Positions 1-9,396 of a DNA stretch of 64,000 nucleotides are shown piece by piece. Position 1 is the first letter of the stretch. Each line of letters starts with the position of its first letter. This DNA is from an uncultured virus (IMG/VR IMGVR_UViG_3300037400_006954) (Duplodnaviria; Heunggongvirae; Uroviricota; Caudoviricetes). The translations under genes were made by a program, and so were the position numbers. Location of the stretch: the IMG/VR virus record IMGVR_UViG_3300037400_006954; one strand, given 5' to 3'. The notes below the pieces were generated by a model. It was not told the DNA's origin. It saw nothing but the letters and a program-made list of their open reading frames with translations, and ran no database searches.

Positions 1-371
1 TCAGAGGTGGAGTCCGTGTTCAGGAACTCCCTGCCTCCGTGGCCTGAATAGTAGAAGATGAACAGCCCGGACTCGGGCGTGTTCGAGATCGCCTTCTCCA
101 GCGCAGACACAACCGCCGCCTTGGTGGCCGTCTCCGACTGCAGCAGGACGCCGCTGTAGCCAAAAGTCCTGCCGAGCAGCTTGTGCATCCTGTCTGAATC
201 GTACCTGCATCCGGGACAGCTTCCGAACCTCTGCGACGTCTCCATTCCTACGCATACGTATGATACGGACGACGTCTTGGCCGAGTCGACTGAAGAGCCA
301 TGGTCTGTAGAGTCTGTGCACCCGGCTAGGGATGCACAGACCGCGACCGACAATATAGCCAGAAACCTCAT
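1..371 (-). CDS. Metacaspase-like (peptidase C14) lipoprotein, partial (runs off left edge; absent from ORF track)
   Basis: Manual translation from ATG at 371: MRFLAILSVAVCASLAGC (lipobox) ... CPGCRYDSDRMHKLL ... ATKAAVVSAL ... LFIFYYSGHGG. YYSGHG is the caspase-fold His motif; no stop before the window edge. Confidence 0.8.
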   Translation of the reverse strand, partial: MRFLAILSVAVCASLAGCTDSTDHGSSVDSAKTSSVSYVCVGMETSQRFGSCPGCRYDSDRMHKLLGRTFGYSGVLLQSETATKAAVVSALEKAISNTPESGLFIFYYSGHGGREFLNTDSTS

Positions 372-372
372 G

Positions 373-717
373 TCAGCCCTCCGTTATTACGGTGTCTCCG
401 ACCTTCACGCTGTTGCCCGTTACAAGCTCAGGGGGGTCTGGCGTGACTATGGGGTTCGGGGTCTCGTCGTTGACGCTTACCTTTTCCCCGTCCGGGTCGC
501 TGAGCCTGCCGCCTATGAGCGCGGCTCTCATCGTAAGCACCCTTGCGTACGACTCCAGCATATGGTGCTGTGTGACGGCCAGCGTGGCCTCCAGATCGGA
601 AAGCTCCCTGAAGTCCTGGCTCCCGATGAACACCCTTAGCCTGGTAGAGACTTCGGTAAGGTCGGAGAGCTGCTTCTCGATGGCGTCGTACTGCGCCTTT
701 AGATTCTCTTTTGTCAT
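373..717 (-). CDS. Small phage protein resembling the crAss001_48-like family
   Basis: Pattern E..QL......L..FI.S..F..L......L...Q...M..Y..VL..R; GAGGAGG RBS upstream. Confidence 0.5.
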   Translation of the reverse strand: MTKENLKAQYDAIEKQLSDLTEVSTRLRVFIGSQDFRELSDLEATLAVTQHHMLESYARVLTMRAALIGGRLSDPDGEKVSVNDETPNPIVTPDPPELVTGNSVKVGDTVITEG

Positions 718-727
718 GTCGTCCTCC

Positions 728-1159
728 TCAGCACTTTGCCGTGCACTCCTTCTTGCACTTGCACTTCCCCTTGCACTTGCACTTCCCGTCGCAGGGGACC
801 TCCTTTACGACGAGCTTTCCGCCTCCGGCAAACTCGAAGAACGGAATGAAGTCCGTGTTCAGGAACTCGCCGGACTCGGTGCGGATCCTGACGGCCTCGA
901 ACTTGGTCTTCATGCACAGCGCGCTGTAGTATGTCCCCAGGGCACTGGCCATCACCTTGTACAGGTGCCTGTCGATAGGCGCCATCTTCTCGAACTTCTT
1001 GGAGGTCGCGACCTTCACAAGCGAATTGAACTTCCTGCGGGTGGCCTCCACCTCGGCCAGAAGGTTCCTCACCCTGGCCATCTGCCGCAGGTCTTCCCTG
1101 CTCCTGCGGATACCGCCGCAGCTCTTGGCCTGCTTGTCTTTCTTGCATCCTGGTTTCAT
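728..1159 (-). CDS. Hypothetical protein with Cys/Lys-rich C-terminal tail
   Basis: ORF ends CDGKCKCKGKCKCKKECTAKC; AAGGAG RBS before MKPG start. Confidence 0.7.
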   Translation of the reverse strand: MKPGCKKDKQAKSCGGIRRSREDLRQMARVRNLLAEVEATRRKFNSLVKVATSKKFEKMAPIDRHLYKVMASALGTYYSALCMKTKFEAVRIRTESGEFLNTDFIPFFEFAGGGKLVVKEVPCDGKCKCKGKCKCKKECTAKC

Positions 1160-1204
1160 CGTTTTTTTCTCCTTGTCTGCCTTTTGTAGACATCCCTTAT
1201 TGTA

Positions 1205-1233
1205 CATTATACCTCAAAGTCCGGTTCGCAGCA
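1205..1233 (-). promoter_or_regulatory. Sigma70-type promoter
   Basis: Minus strand TTGCTG-N17-TATAAT. Confidence 0.55.
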
Positions 1234-1539
1234 ATCCGCAAGGCTCTTGTCGAAGTAGCCTCCGTTCTCCGCAGTCACCCTGCACTTCCTATCCTGGCTG
1301 CCCGTGGTGCTGGTAGTGCAGTCAGCTACGGCCTTCCTGTGGCAGACAGGAGCCTCAACACCCCAGCCAGTGTGCCCCTCGTTGAACGCGATCCTGATTT
1401 CGGAGATAGCGTCCCTGACCTCCGGCATGAACTCCACGATCCTGAATACGTTCTTCAGGGTGTTGACCATCTCGGACTCCAGGCAGGTGTCTAGTACCGG
1501 TATCTCCCTGCCGTCCGAGCTCTTTACGTATGCCTTCAT
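1207..1539 (-). CDS. Hypothetical protein
   Basis: 110-aa ORF with RBS, co-oriented with neighbours. Confidence 0.65.
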   Translation of the reverse strand: MKAYVKSSDGREIPVLDTCLESEMVNTLKNVFRIVEFMPEVRDAISEIRIAFNEGHTGWGVEAPVCHRKAVADCTTSTTGSQDRKCRVTAENGGYFDKSLADCCEPDFEV

Positions 1540-1572
1540 TTTGTGTTCCTTGTTGTTTGTTTTTGTATATAG

Positions 1573-2256
1573 TCAGTCTTCAGATTGTCCAGAAAAATAG
1601 CCGAAGTCCCTGTCGCTCATCCTGGAATACCCTCCGGAATAGTGGTCTACGGCGTCTTGTCCGTCCTGCATGTCGTCATCGTCTCTTTCTCCGTCGTTGC
1701 CGTATTCGGCGGCTATTATCTCGTCGGCCAGCTTGTCCATCCTGGAGCGCCGCGGCTTGCGTGGCTTCCTGGGTTTTTTCGGCACGGCCGGCTTGTCCTT
1801 CTTCTCGGGCTCCTCCTTTACCTCCATGTCCGGAAAGAGCATCATCTGCTCCGCCACTACGGGCTTCTTGGCCTTGGACTTGCGATACCTGGTCCTGTGC
1901 CTTTTCTCTATCGGATTTGACAGCCTGTATATCAATTCAACCAATGAGTCCAGCTTCAGCGTCAGGTATTCCTTGAAGGGGCCCTCCGCGGCGTTGTCCC
2001 TGACAAACTCCAGTATCTCCCTGACGTTGTACAGCTTCACGTCGCATGCAAGCCATGCCTTGGCGAACTGCAGCCTGCAGTAGCTGGCCAGGCCCTTGCC
2101 GCCAATGTTCTCTATGATGTCGGTTATACCTTCTGCGGCCTCTGCGTCGCCGTACGCCATGGCGTCGAACGAGCCTTTGCCGTCCCACGTGACCTCCTTC
2201 AGCACGCGGTAGTGCTGGGACAGAGCCAGCGCGAATGCATCTACCCTGTAGAACAT
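1573..2256 (-). CDS. Hypothetical protein
   Basis: ORF from MFYRVD with GGAGG RBS; charged low-complexity C-terminus. Confidence 0.65.
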   Translation of the reverse strand: MFYRVDAFALALSQHYRVLKEVTWDGKGSFDAMAYGDAEAAEGITDIIENIGGKGLASYCRLQFAKAWLACDVKLYNVREILEFVRDNAAEGPFKEYLTLKLDSLVELIYRLSNPIEKRHRTRYRKSKAKKPVVAEQMMLFPDMEVKEEPEKKDKPAVPKKPRKPRKPRRSRMDKLADEIIAAEYGNDGERDDDDMQDGQDAVDHYSGGYSRMSDRDFGYFSGQSED

Positions 2257-2270
2257 GCTGGCCTCCGGCG

Positions 2271-3020
2271 TCACTTTCCGGACCCGTCGTCGTAGATGAA
2301 CCCCAGGAACTTCAGCCCCAGCTTCTCCACGGCGAAGCACATGCCGAAGTAGTACAAGGTCCCGCCGTCCTCCACGCCGTCGTACTTTACCTTCAGCTCC
2401 GACTGCAGCGGCGGCGTGAAGAAGGAATCGCCCTTGTCAGGAAACACGAATACCACGGTATGGAGCTCGGTGTCCTTTATCCTGTTCAGGCACTTTACCG
2501 TAAACTCCATGCCATTGATCATGAACGTTACGGAATGCTCGCTGGATTTGAACTCCGAAAGCGGGTCCGTGCGTTCCTTTACGGGTTCCGCCTTTTCCGG
2601 AGCGGGGACCGCCCCTACCTTCTTCTTGAGATCGGCCAGCCCGGCGCTTACGGCGGACAATGCGCCCATTATCTCTGACGTGGTGACCCGCCCCTTGTGG
2701 GAGGGCGCCTGCGCCTGCTTCTGTTCCGCGGGCTTGAACAGGTCGCCCTGCTCAACCTTCGCCTCGTCTGCAGCCGTAGGCTCGACAACTTCCTTTTTGG
2801 CGTTCTTTTTTACGGCGTCGGAGTTGTCGTCCAACCCGCCCTTTATGCGCAAGTCCGGATTCTTCTTGCGTTTCTGGAGCAGTGCCACGGCCTCTTCCAT
2901 AGATACCGTCGCACTTGTCTTCTTGTACGTTCTCTCGGCAGGCATAAGCCTGTTTTCGTCCGGGGCGGCGTTCTCTGCCAGCTTGAACAGGTCGCTGCTC
3001 CCTCCTGCACTCATAGCCAT
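2271..3020 (-). CDS. Hypothetical protein
   Basis: 249-aa ORF, AAGGAGG RBS. Confidence 0.7.
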   Translation of the reverse strand: MAMSAGGSSDLFKLAENAAPDENRLMPAERTYKKTSATVSMEEAVALLQKRKKNPDLRIKGGLDDNSDAVKKNAKKEVVEPTAADEAKVEQGDLFKPAEQKQAQAPSHKGRVTTSEIMGALSAVSAGLADLKKKVGAVPAPEKAEPVKERTDPLSEFKSSEHSVTFMINGMEFTVKCLNRIKDTELHTVVFVFPDKGDSFFTPPLQSELKVKYDGVEDGGTLYYFGMCFAVEKLGLKFLGFIYDDGSGK

Positions 3021-3057
3021 GTTGTAGGCCTCCTTGGTGTTTAGTTACAGTGTATAA

Positions 3058-3276
3058 CTACTCTGCTGCAGACGACTGCTGGCCGGAGTCCTTTTCTATG
3101 GCCTCCAGCCCTATCTTCAGCAGCCTGTCCAGCAGCCTTCCCATCCCGTAGAACTTCCCTGTCTCGAGTTCCAGGCGGGCTTTGGCGCGGTACAGGCGCT
3201 GATGGATGTCGGCGGACACCCTCAGCCCCATGAATACCGTGCCGTCCTCAGACTTGTTCTGGTTCTGGCGTCTCAT
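3058..3276 (-). CDS. Small protein, possibly ribbon-helix-helix DNA-binding
   Basis: VFMGLRVSADIHQRL strand-helix pattern followed by a second helix. Confidence 0.4.
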   Translation of the reverse strand: MRRQNQNKSEDGTVFMGLRVSADIHQRLYRAKARLELETGKFYGMGRLLDRLLKIGLEAIEKDSGQQSSAAE

Positions 3277-3982
3277 TGCTTACTCTCTTTTTTGCGCGAG
3301 CTGTCCTCTTGGACTTGGCCGCCTTGTCTGACTGTAGAGGCTTTTCGGCTTCCTGCACGGGTTCAGCCGCTGGCTCGGCCGCGGGAACGCTCTCCGCGGC
3401 CTGCGCCTTTGCCTCTCTTATCTTGTCCATGTCCCACCCGTCTTCGGAGGCCATGGCGGTCGCGATCTTCGAGTGCTTCATGCTCTCCTCTATGAACTTG
3501 TTGTCGCTCATGAGGTCTGACAGACTCGGGGCTTTGTCGGACTTGTCGAGCTTCTTGGCTTCGACGTCGCCCTTGATGATACCGGCCCTCTTCTTGGCGT
3601 CCTCCATGTCCTTGCGCGAAGTGTAGTTGGCTTCGTCGCGGATGCTTGCCTCCCTGCCCTGCGCGGCCTTTATGGACGCAATCCTGGCGGCATCAGCCTT
3701 TGCCTCGCGCCTCATGAGCTCGCGGAGCGGATTCGGAGCCTTGGGCTTAGCCACCACCTTTGTAGCCCTACCGATGACGTCGAGCTCGACTATCTTGTCC
3801 AGTAGCCTTCTCTCGGTCTCGTTCAGCCTGATGCAGAACGCGTTCCCGCACCCGTTCACGAGCTTGCTCATGGCTGCGGCAAGTCCTGCGGCGTCTATGT
3901 CCGCCGACCTTGAGCTGGGGCCTATGTCCCTGTCCGCGAGCCCGGAGTACTTTGTGCTGCTTGTCTTGTTTATGATTATCAC
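3248..3982 (-). CDS. Hypothetical protein
   Basis: 244-aa ORF, AAGGAG RBS, GTG start. Confidence 0.7.
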   Translation of the reverse strand: MIIINKTSSTKYSGLADRDIGPSSRSADIDAAGLAAAMSKLVNGCGNAFCIRLNETERRLLDKIVELDVIGRATKVVAKPKAPNPLRELMRREAKADAARIASIKAAQGREASIRDEANYTSRKDMEDAKKRAGIIKGDVEAKKLDKSDKAPSLSDLMSDNKFIEESMKHSKIATAMASEDGWDMDKIREAKAQAAESVPAAEPAAEPVQEAEKPLQSDKAAKSKRTARAKKRVSNETPEPEQV

Positions 3983-3995
3983 TTTTTCATCTCCT

Positions 3996-4283
3996 TTACA
4001 TCGCGGGAAGTACGTATATCTCCTTTATAGGATCCGCGCCTCCTATAGACCTGACAAGGTTCTCCGGAGTCCTCTGGAGACCGTTGCAGGAAATTCCCTC
4101 TGAACTAAGCCACTTTCCGCTTTCGCCTTCCCTGTAGACAAGGCGGCGCTGCCTGGTAGCAGCGCGCGCTATGTCGATGTACATGGACTGTATGATGGTG
4201 CCGTTATCGAACGTCGCCTCAAGTGCGAAGTTCATGGCGCCGGCACAGGCCGGCTTCCTGCCTATAAACCTGAATACCATCAT
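3996..4283 (-). CDS. Hypothetical protein
   Basis: ORF whose start overlaps the upstream stop (ATGA). Confidence 0.55.
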   Translation of the reverse strand: MMVFRFIGRKPACAGAMNFALEATFDNGTIIQSMYIDIARAATRQRRLVYREGESGKWLSSEGISCNGLQRTPENLVRSIGGADPIKEIYVLPAM

Positions 4284-4954
4284 GAGAAGCAGTAGGCTGT
4301 CATCTGCCTTAGACAATTGTCGAGATACTGCACGGCGCCGGATACCCCGTCCTCCCTAGGAAGCGCCAGTAGTTCCTGGCGCTGCTTGGAGGTCAGCAGC
4401 GGGGTGGCGCCGTGCTTGAAGTACAGACCCATGAGGGTATACGTTACAGAAGTCCTGTCCTTTCTCTGAAGTTCGTACAGGAACCTGCGCCTCTGCGCCT
4501 GGACCGACCATCCTATGAACTCTGGTATTCCGTAGCACTTCTCAAGGGCCGCCGTACATGCAGGCAGTACGTCGAACGCCTCCAGAGGCGTATTCGACAG
4601 CCTGACCTTCGCGATTGCGTTCTGGAGATCCACCAGGGCTGCGCATATGTCTATCGCATCGGGTTTTGAATCGGCGAGGTCGGCCACCAGCTCCGCGGCC
4701 TTGCGCGCCTCGTCTGTATCGAGCAGGTACCTGTCTCCGGTCTTCCACGCCTCCTTGACCGTTCTCGCGCACCCGAGGCAGTGGTTTCTCCTGTCGACGC
4801 TGTCCCAGAACGTGACGGCGGCCGCAACACCCACCAGGTGTCTCCTGGTGTCCATTGGGTTCCTACGCTTGTCCGTCACCGGGTCAGACGTAACCCTGTA
4901 TATGTCGCCCGACTGGACGTACATCACTCTCTTGGTTCTCTTCTCGAATCTCAT
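4280..4954 (-). CDS. Hypothetical protein
   Basis: 224-aa ORF. Confidence 0.65.
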   Translation of the reverse strand: MRFEKRTKRVMYVQSGDIYRVTSDPVTDKRRNPMDTRRHLVGVAAAVTFWDSVDRRNHCLGCARTVKEAWKTGDRYLLDTDEARKAAELVADLADSKPDAIDICAALVDLQNAIAKVRLSNTPLEAFDVLPACTAALEKCYGIPEFIGWSVQAQRRRFLYELQRKDRTSVTYTLMGLYFKHGATPLLTSKQRQELLALPREDGVSGAVQYLDNCLRQMTAYCFS

Positions 4955-5006
4955 GTCGTACCTGCCTGTGGTAAAAATTCGCTGTGGTGCGCCTAGGCCT
5001 AGGCCC

Positions 5007-5435
5007 TTACTTGTTCTCTTCCTGTGAGGCGTTGTCCTTGTCGCCTATCAGGTCGTTAAGGTCAACCGCCTGTCTTCTTAATGGAGCTTCGCTGAGCTCC
5101 ACCTTGCCAGGCTCGCATCTGTCGTCTGCAGCCCCGGACATCGTGGACCTGATGAGGTCTACGAATCCAGAAGGAGTGACTCCGTAGCTCTTCGCCTTTG
5201 CGACCAGGCGCTCTGCATCTGACTTGAGGTCGTTCCAGCGGCATGCAATCATGGCGGCTTGTTCCTGCGCTTCCTTCTCGCGTGCCTTGACCTCTTCCTG
5301 CTCCTTTGCCATCTTTTCGTTCATGGCAGTCTGCCGCTTGGCGGCAACTTCTTCCCTGAACTTGCTGTACTCCTCGAAGTTGTCGAAAGTTGCTTCGACA
5401 AGACCGAGACCGTCCTCGTATTGTATTTTGATCAT
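5007..5435 (-). CDS. Hypothetical coiled-coil protein
   Basis: 142-aa ORF directly downstream of a strong promoter. Confidence 0.7.
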   Translation of the reverse strand: MIKIQYEDGLGLVEATFDNFEEYSKFREEVAAKRQTAMNEKMAKEQEEVKAREKEAQEQAAMIACRWNDLKSDAERLVAKAKSYGVTPSGFVDLIRSTMSGAADDRCEPGKVELSEAPLRRQAVDLNDLIGDKDNASQEENK

Positions 5436-5460
5436 GGCAGTTTTCCTTTAAGATGACAAC

Positions 5461-5489
5461 ATTATAACATATATTTTTAATAAACGCAA
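5461..5489 (-). promoter_or_regulatory. Strong sigma70-type promoter with extended -10 and AT-rich UP element
   Basis: Minus strand TTGCGT-N17(ending TGT)-TATAAT, preceded by A-tracts at ~5500-5535. Confidence 0.75.
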
Positions 5490-5546
5490 TAGGGTGAATA
5501 AATATTTTTTTATTATTTTTATTTTTATACTTTTTATACAATAGCT

Positions 5547-5577
5547 AAAAAAAAAGCCGACTTAGACAAGCCGGCTC
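5547..5577 (-). terminator. Intrinsic terminator
   Basis: AGCCGGCTT-GTCT-AAGTCGGCT hairpin followed by a U-tract on the minus strand. Confidence 0.8.
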
Positions 5578-5582
5578 TTCGT

Positions 5583-6242
5583 TCAGTCCGCAAACTTCAG
5601 TATGTGGTACGCCCGCTCCACGTCTTCCTTGGTGAAGCCTTTCTTGTAGCTGGTGTGCACCACGTATCTTGGATCGAATACGGACAGTATGTCAGTGACC
5701 TCGTCGTCGATTATACAGAAGCTGTAGTCGACACCGCGTTTCCCGAATTTCTTCCTGTTGTTGTCCATCCAGGCCTTTATCTCGTGCCCCCTAAGCGTAT
5801 ATTCACTTATGCCATGGAGAATCATCTCCACGGTGGACAGCATCGGAGTCTGGCCTATGATCAGGTCTTCCGTCTTCTTGCCTACCCGCTCCGCCAGGAC
5901 GTCCCTCCACTTTGCCTGGAAGTCGAACGGCTCGTAGTCAACAAAATGCCTCCAGGAGGAAGATACCACTATCTTGGCGTCTGTCCTGTCTACGAGCTCC
6001 TTGAGGTTGGCCACGAGCTGAGGGTTCAGTCCGTATGCACGCTCATCCGAGCCTCCGCGGAAGTCCGGCCATACCTCGTGCCTGTTGTCGGGCATGCAGT
6101 TCATGACGCCGTCAATGTCGAGGAATATGATCGCCATCTTCTTCCTGGATTTGGTCTTTGCCGCCCTGGCGGTCCTGGACACCCTTGGTCTGGTTGCCGT
6201 CACAGGCTTTGCCTTGGCGCCTTTTGTCGCTTTGGTGCTCAT
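5583..6242 (-). CDS. HAD-family phosphatase of the type associated with RNA repair (HAD_SAK-like)
   Basis: Motifs IFLDIDGVMN, IVVSSSWR, RGHEIKAW, CIIDD, G(F)T. Confidence 0.8.
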   Translation of the reverse strand: MSTKATKGAKAKPVTATRPRVSRTARAAKTKSRKKMAIIFLDIDGVMNCMPDNRHEVWPDFRGGSDERAYGLNPQLVANLKELVDRTDAKIVVSSSWRHFVDYEPFDFQAKWRDVLAERVGKKTEDLIIGQTPMLSTVEMILHGISEYTLRGHEIKAWMDNNRKKFGKRGVDYSFCIIDDEVTDILSVFDPRYVVHTSYKKGFTKEDVERAYHILKFAD

Positions 6243-6298
6243 TGCGCCTCCTTTGAAAATAGCCCGCGGGCCGCAGCAGAGGCCCGCGGGCAAAACCT

Positions 6299-6838
6299 TT
6301 ACTTTACAGTGAACGCCTGCTTGATGTACACATAGGCGTCCCTGTCGTATTCGACCGTGGAACGTCTTGCGTCAGGCGCGCTATCCAAGTTGACGGGCTT
6401 GAACGTCGCCAGGAAGCCGTCCGAAAACCCGGAGACGGCAGCTGCGACAAGCTCCTCGTACTTCTTTGCCTTTGGATACCTTGTGAACAGATAGTCGACG
6501 CCTGTTGCGGCGACGGCGACGCCATTCACGATAAGGGCGGCCTGCCCCTGGTCGATCTTGCCGTCCTGGATGAGCTTGTCAGCGTACACCCTGGCGACAA
6601 CGGTCCACGCCTCCTGAAAGGTGTGTCCGTCTTCCGGAACAACGTCCTTGACGAGGGCGATGACCTCTATGATGGCGTTGCGCGACTTGTCGTCGATCTT
6701 GGTCTCGTTGGCGACGAGCCCGCTTGCACAGCCCACGGCGTATGCAGTGGACTTCATGACATCGACGGTTGGAACCGTCTTGCATCCAGAGAACGCGGCA
6801 ATAACGGCTGCCGCAGCCAGTGTCATTAGCTTCTTCAT
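6299..6838 (-). CDS. Putative lipoprotein
   Basis: MKKLMTLAAAAVIAAFSGC signal peptide/lipobox with its own AAGGA RBS; in frame with the upstream membrane ORF. Confidence 0.7.
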   Translation of the reverse strand: MKKLMTLAAAAVIAAFSGCKTVPTVDVMKSTAYAVGCASGLVANETKIDDKSRNAIIEVIALVKDVVPEDGHTFQEAWTVVARVYADKLIQDGKIDQGQAALIVNGVAVAATGVDYLFTRYPKAKKYEELVAAAVSGFSDGFLATFKPVNLDSAPDARRSTVEYDRDAYVYIKQAFTVK

Positions 6839-7126
6839 TTTGTTTTTTTCCTTTGTTTGTGTTGTACCGGATTTGACTCCGACATTGTCTGTCGCTGAAC
6901 CAGCCGTCCCGTCCTTTTTGTCTTTTCCGCAGCGCCTCCCTAATGCCACCGTCACGTATGCGGCGCATAGGTAGAACAGCGTGATAGGGACATAGAACGG
7001 TGACACGACCACCCACCAGCTGCAGTCGTCCGCAAGGCGAAGCAGCTTTAGGGCGATCAGTATGACTCCAAGCAGGACGAACCACAGATAGTTCGGTCCG
7101 CTTATAGTTGGACTGCCGTAGTACAT
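6839..7126 (-). CDS. Two-TM membrane segment (MYYGSPT...), open in frame into the downstream lipoprotein
   Basis: Hydrophobic LGVILIALKL...SWWVVVSPFY pattern; AGGAG RBS; no stop before 6838. Confidence 0.5.
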
Positions 7127-7134
7127 GTCTACTC

Positions 7135-8307
7135 CTACAGGAGTATGGACGCCCTGCTGTAGGCGTAGTCCCCGTTCCACGACCTGCTGGCCGTGAGCTC
7201 GACGATTGAAGGCGCTCCCGCTACGGGATTGTCCTCCGCGTCCTCCCCGGGCTCCTGTTCGAATACCGCTATCTTGTACACGCCGGTCTTGTCCGGGACT
7301 ATGTCGATGACGTTTACGCGGACGGTAGTCCACAACTCGTCCTTGCCGTTGAACTTCCTGGGGTCGATGGAGCGGCAGAACGTCATCTTCACCGTCCTGT
7401 CCCCCGGGTTCATCTGGACGTAGTTGCTGAAGCTCTCGCCGTCGCTGAACACGGCCGTGAACTTCAGCTTCTCGTATGAATGCACGTCGGTCCCTATGTT
7501 CAGGTCGTTGATGGTGTCGTCAACCGTCTCGCCGCTGTTGACCTCGCTGACCACCGCGGAGATGGAATCCCAGCTGACAGACCTAACGGCAAGCCTTGCC
7601 GTAAGCTTGTCCACGAAGTCCTCGTCGGCGGACATCTCGGGCTTGAGGTTGTCCATGAGGTACTCGTGTATCTCGTCCGGGGACGGCAGCGCCATCACGA
7701 AATGGTAGTATATCCTGCCGGGTCTGCCGAGCAGGTACTTGCTGAGGGAGTGGGAGTCGTTGACGGTGAGGAGTAGAAGCTTCTCCTGCTTGACCTCAAC
7801 CCCGTCGAAGAACGAAAGGGCCTTTTCCTGCTCCCTGATGTCGTTCTCCTCCGTTACGCCGACGTTTCCGTTTCCGTCGCTCTTGCCGCGGAACATCTTC
7901 TCGAACTCGTCGAACACAAGCACGCACCTTCCCTTGACGCTGGCCAATGTTGACAGCATCATTGGACCCAGGTTGCGCTTTATGATGATGACGGGGATGC
8001 TCTTGGAAAGGCTTACCGCCAGGTTCCGGACGAACAGGGACTTTCCGGTGCCCTTGTGCCCGGATACCAGGACGCCGAGGTTCCGCCCAACGGTCTCGTC
8101 GTACTTGCGGAGGACCTTCGCCGTCATGCGGGCCTGGTCTCCGTAGACCTTGCCGTTGAACGGCTCCAGGTCCGCGCTCTCGAACCATATGCCCCTCATC
8201 TCGGAGAACTTCATCTCGTAGACTCCGTTCGGCATGGTGTCCAGGACCTCCACGCCCTCGCCGTCTATCACCTGATAGGACGAGTCAAGTTTCAGTATTT
8301 TCTTCAT
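7135..8307 (-). CDS. AAA+ ATPase
   Basis: Walker A GHKGTGKS, Walker B LVFDEFEK, sensor TVN, RPGR arginine finger. Confidence 0.9.
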   Translation of the reverse strand: MKKILKLDSSYQVIDGEGVEVLDTMPNGVYEMKFSEMRGIWFESADLEPFNGKVYGDQARMTAKVLRKYDETVGRNLGVLVSGHKGTGKSLFVRNLAVSLSKSIPVIIIKRNLGPMMLSTLASVKGRCVLVFDEFEKMFRGKSDGNGNVGVTEENDIREQEKALSFFDGVEVKQEKLLLLTVNDSHSLSKYLLGRPGRIYYHFVMALPSPDEIHEYLMDNLKPEMSADEDFVDKLTARLAVRSVSWDSISAVVSEVNSGETVDDTINDLNIGTDVHSYEKLKFTAVFSDGESFSNYVQMNPGDRTVKMTFCRSIDPRKFNGKDELWTTVRVNVIDIVPDKTGVYKIAVFEQEPGEDAEDNPVAGAPSIVELTASRSWNGDYAYSRASILL

Positions 8308-8324
8308 TTTTGTTCCTTTCGTGT

Positions 8325-9075
8325 TGTTTGCCCTAAATGTCGTTCCACTTCACGCATGGTTGATTGCCATGCGCAACAGCAGGAACCTCTGCCCCGGAGC
8401 CGTTACATCCGCCTTGGCCCTCCGGGTGTGACTGGTGAACCGCGTCTCCGCGGCACGGGTGCCAGATTTCACAGCCATCCGCGCCAAATAGTACATGCGG
8501 ATCTGCTCACCGCATGAACCAGCATAGGTGGCGCTCCTCTCCCAGTCTGGGTTAACCTGCGTACATCCCTGCAATCATCCTGCACAAGCGGGGTCAAACC
8601 GAGGCGTATCGCAGCAGACGGGCAATAAGCGGTAAATTGAAACACTCCCTTTTGTACGCGGGGAAGGGAGATAACCCACTTGGCGGTCAATGCTTCTTAG
8701 CCGCGTTAGATCCAGGACCGTATGCTTCCCGGCCGCTAAGCCATTTATTTACAAGGTCGCGGAGCAACCGGAGACGACCTGCACCTTTTACATCCGTGCG
8801 GATGGGTTCCGGAGTTTAATGTTTGACGTCTCTCCGGTAAGACGCCCAGCGAATTCATCGCCATAAGCCACGCAGTTGTACCTCGGTGTGGTGCGTGGTC
8901 ACGATTTATCCGGATCAAGGACGTTTCCGCCCGAGCGAGGTCCTGACTCGTCATTTTACCCCGATCGCCGGGGCTGCGCTTGTACGTAGGCTTAAGGCCC
9001 CGATCGTCGGAACGGAGGAATCAAACCCCCAGCCACCAACATACAAGAGAATGCGATGCGAACCGGTCGGATCGC
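8325..9075 (-). ncRNA. Giant structured ncRNA, GOLLD-like candidate (boundaries approximate)
   Basis: ~700-750 nt with no credible ORF and many hairpins (e.g. ACCACGCA/UGCGUGG, AGGUCG/CGACCU, CUCCCUU/AAGGGAG, AUGCGG/CCGCAU, CGCAUGG/CCAUGCG). It lies at the end of a phage tRNA array, and its 3' part resembles my recollection of GOLLD. Not verified by covariance model. Confidence 0.55.
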
Positions 9076-9078
9076 ATC

Positions 9079-9378
9079 CTATATAGTGACGCTGTCGCCA
9101 ACCACCGCGGTTTCGTCGAAGCTGAACTGGATCTCCGTGAGAGCCTTGGCCACTGCAGCCGCAACGGCCTTCGCCAGCTTCTTGTCCCTGTCGTAGTGGT
9201 ATATGCTTGCGACATGGCAGACAGGGATCCCGTCCCTGTCGTATATGTTGTTCGTAGCCCTTCCGTACCAGAACGATCCAGGTCTGGAGTTTATGTTGGT
9301 GTACGGCCCCCTCAGGAGCCTGGGCACCATTGCGTACGGGTCTACGCGATCTGCAGGTTTTTCCGATCTTCCTTCCAT
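9079..9378 (-). CDS. Hypothetical protein
   Basis: ORF from MEGRSEK, immediately downstream of tRNA-Lys. Confidence 0.55.
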   Translation of the reverse strand: MEGRSEKPADRVDPYAMVPRLLRGPYTNINSRPGSFWYGRATNNIYDRDGIPVCHVASIYHYDRDKKLAKAVAAAVAKALTEIQFSFDETAVVGDSVTI

Positions 9379-9396
9379 GTGCTGCCCTTTCGTAGG

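Noticed and set aside
11..868. 19-bp direct repeat AGTCCGTGTTCAGGAACTC at 11 and 850
   Set aside because: Both copies lie inside unrelated ORFs encoding EFLNTD, with no mobile-element context; probably coincidental.
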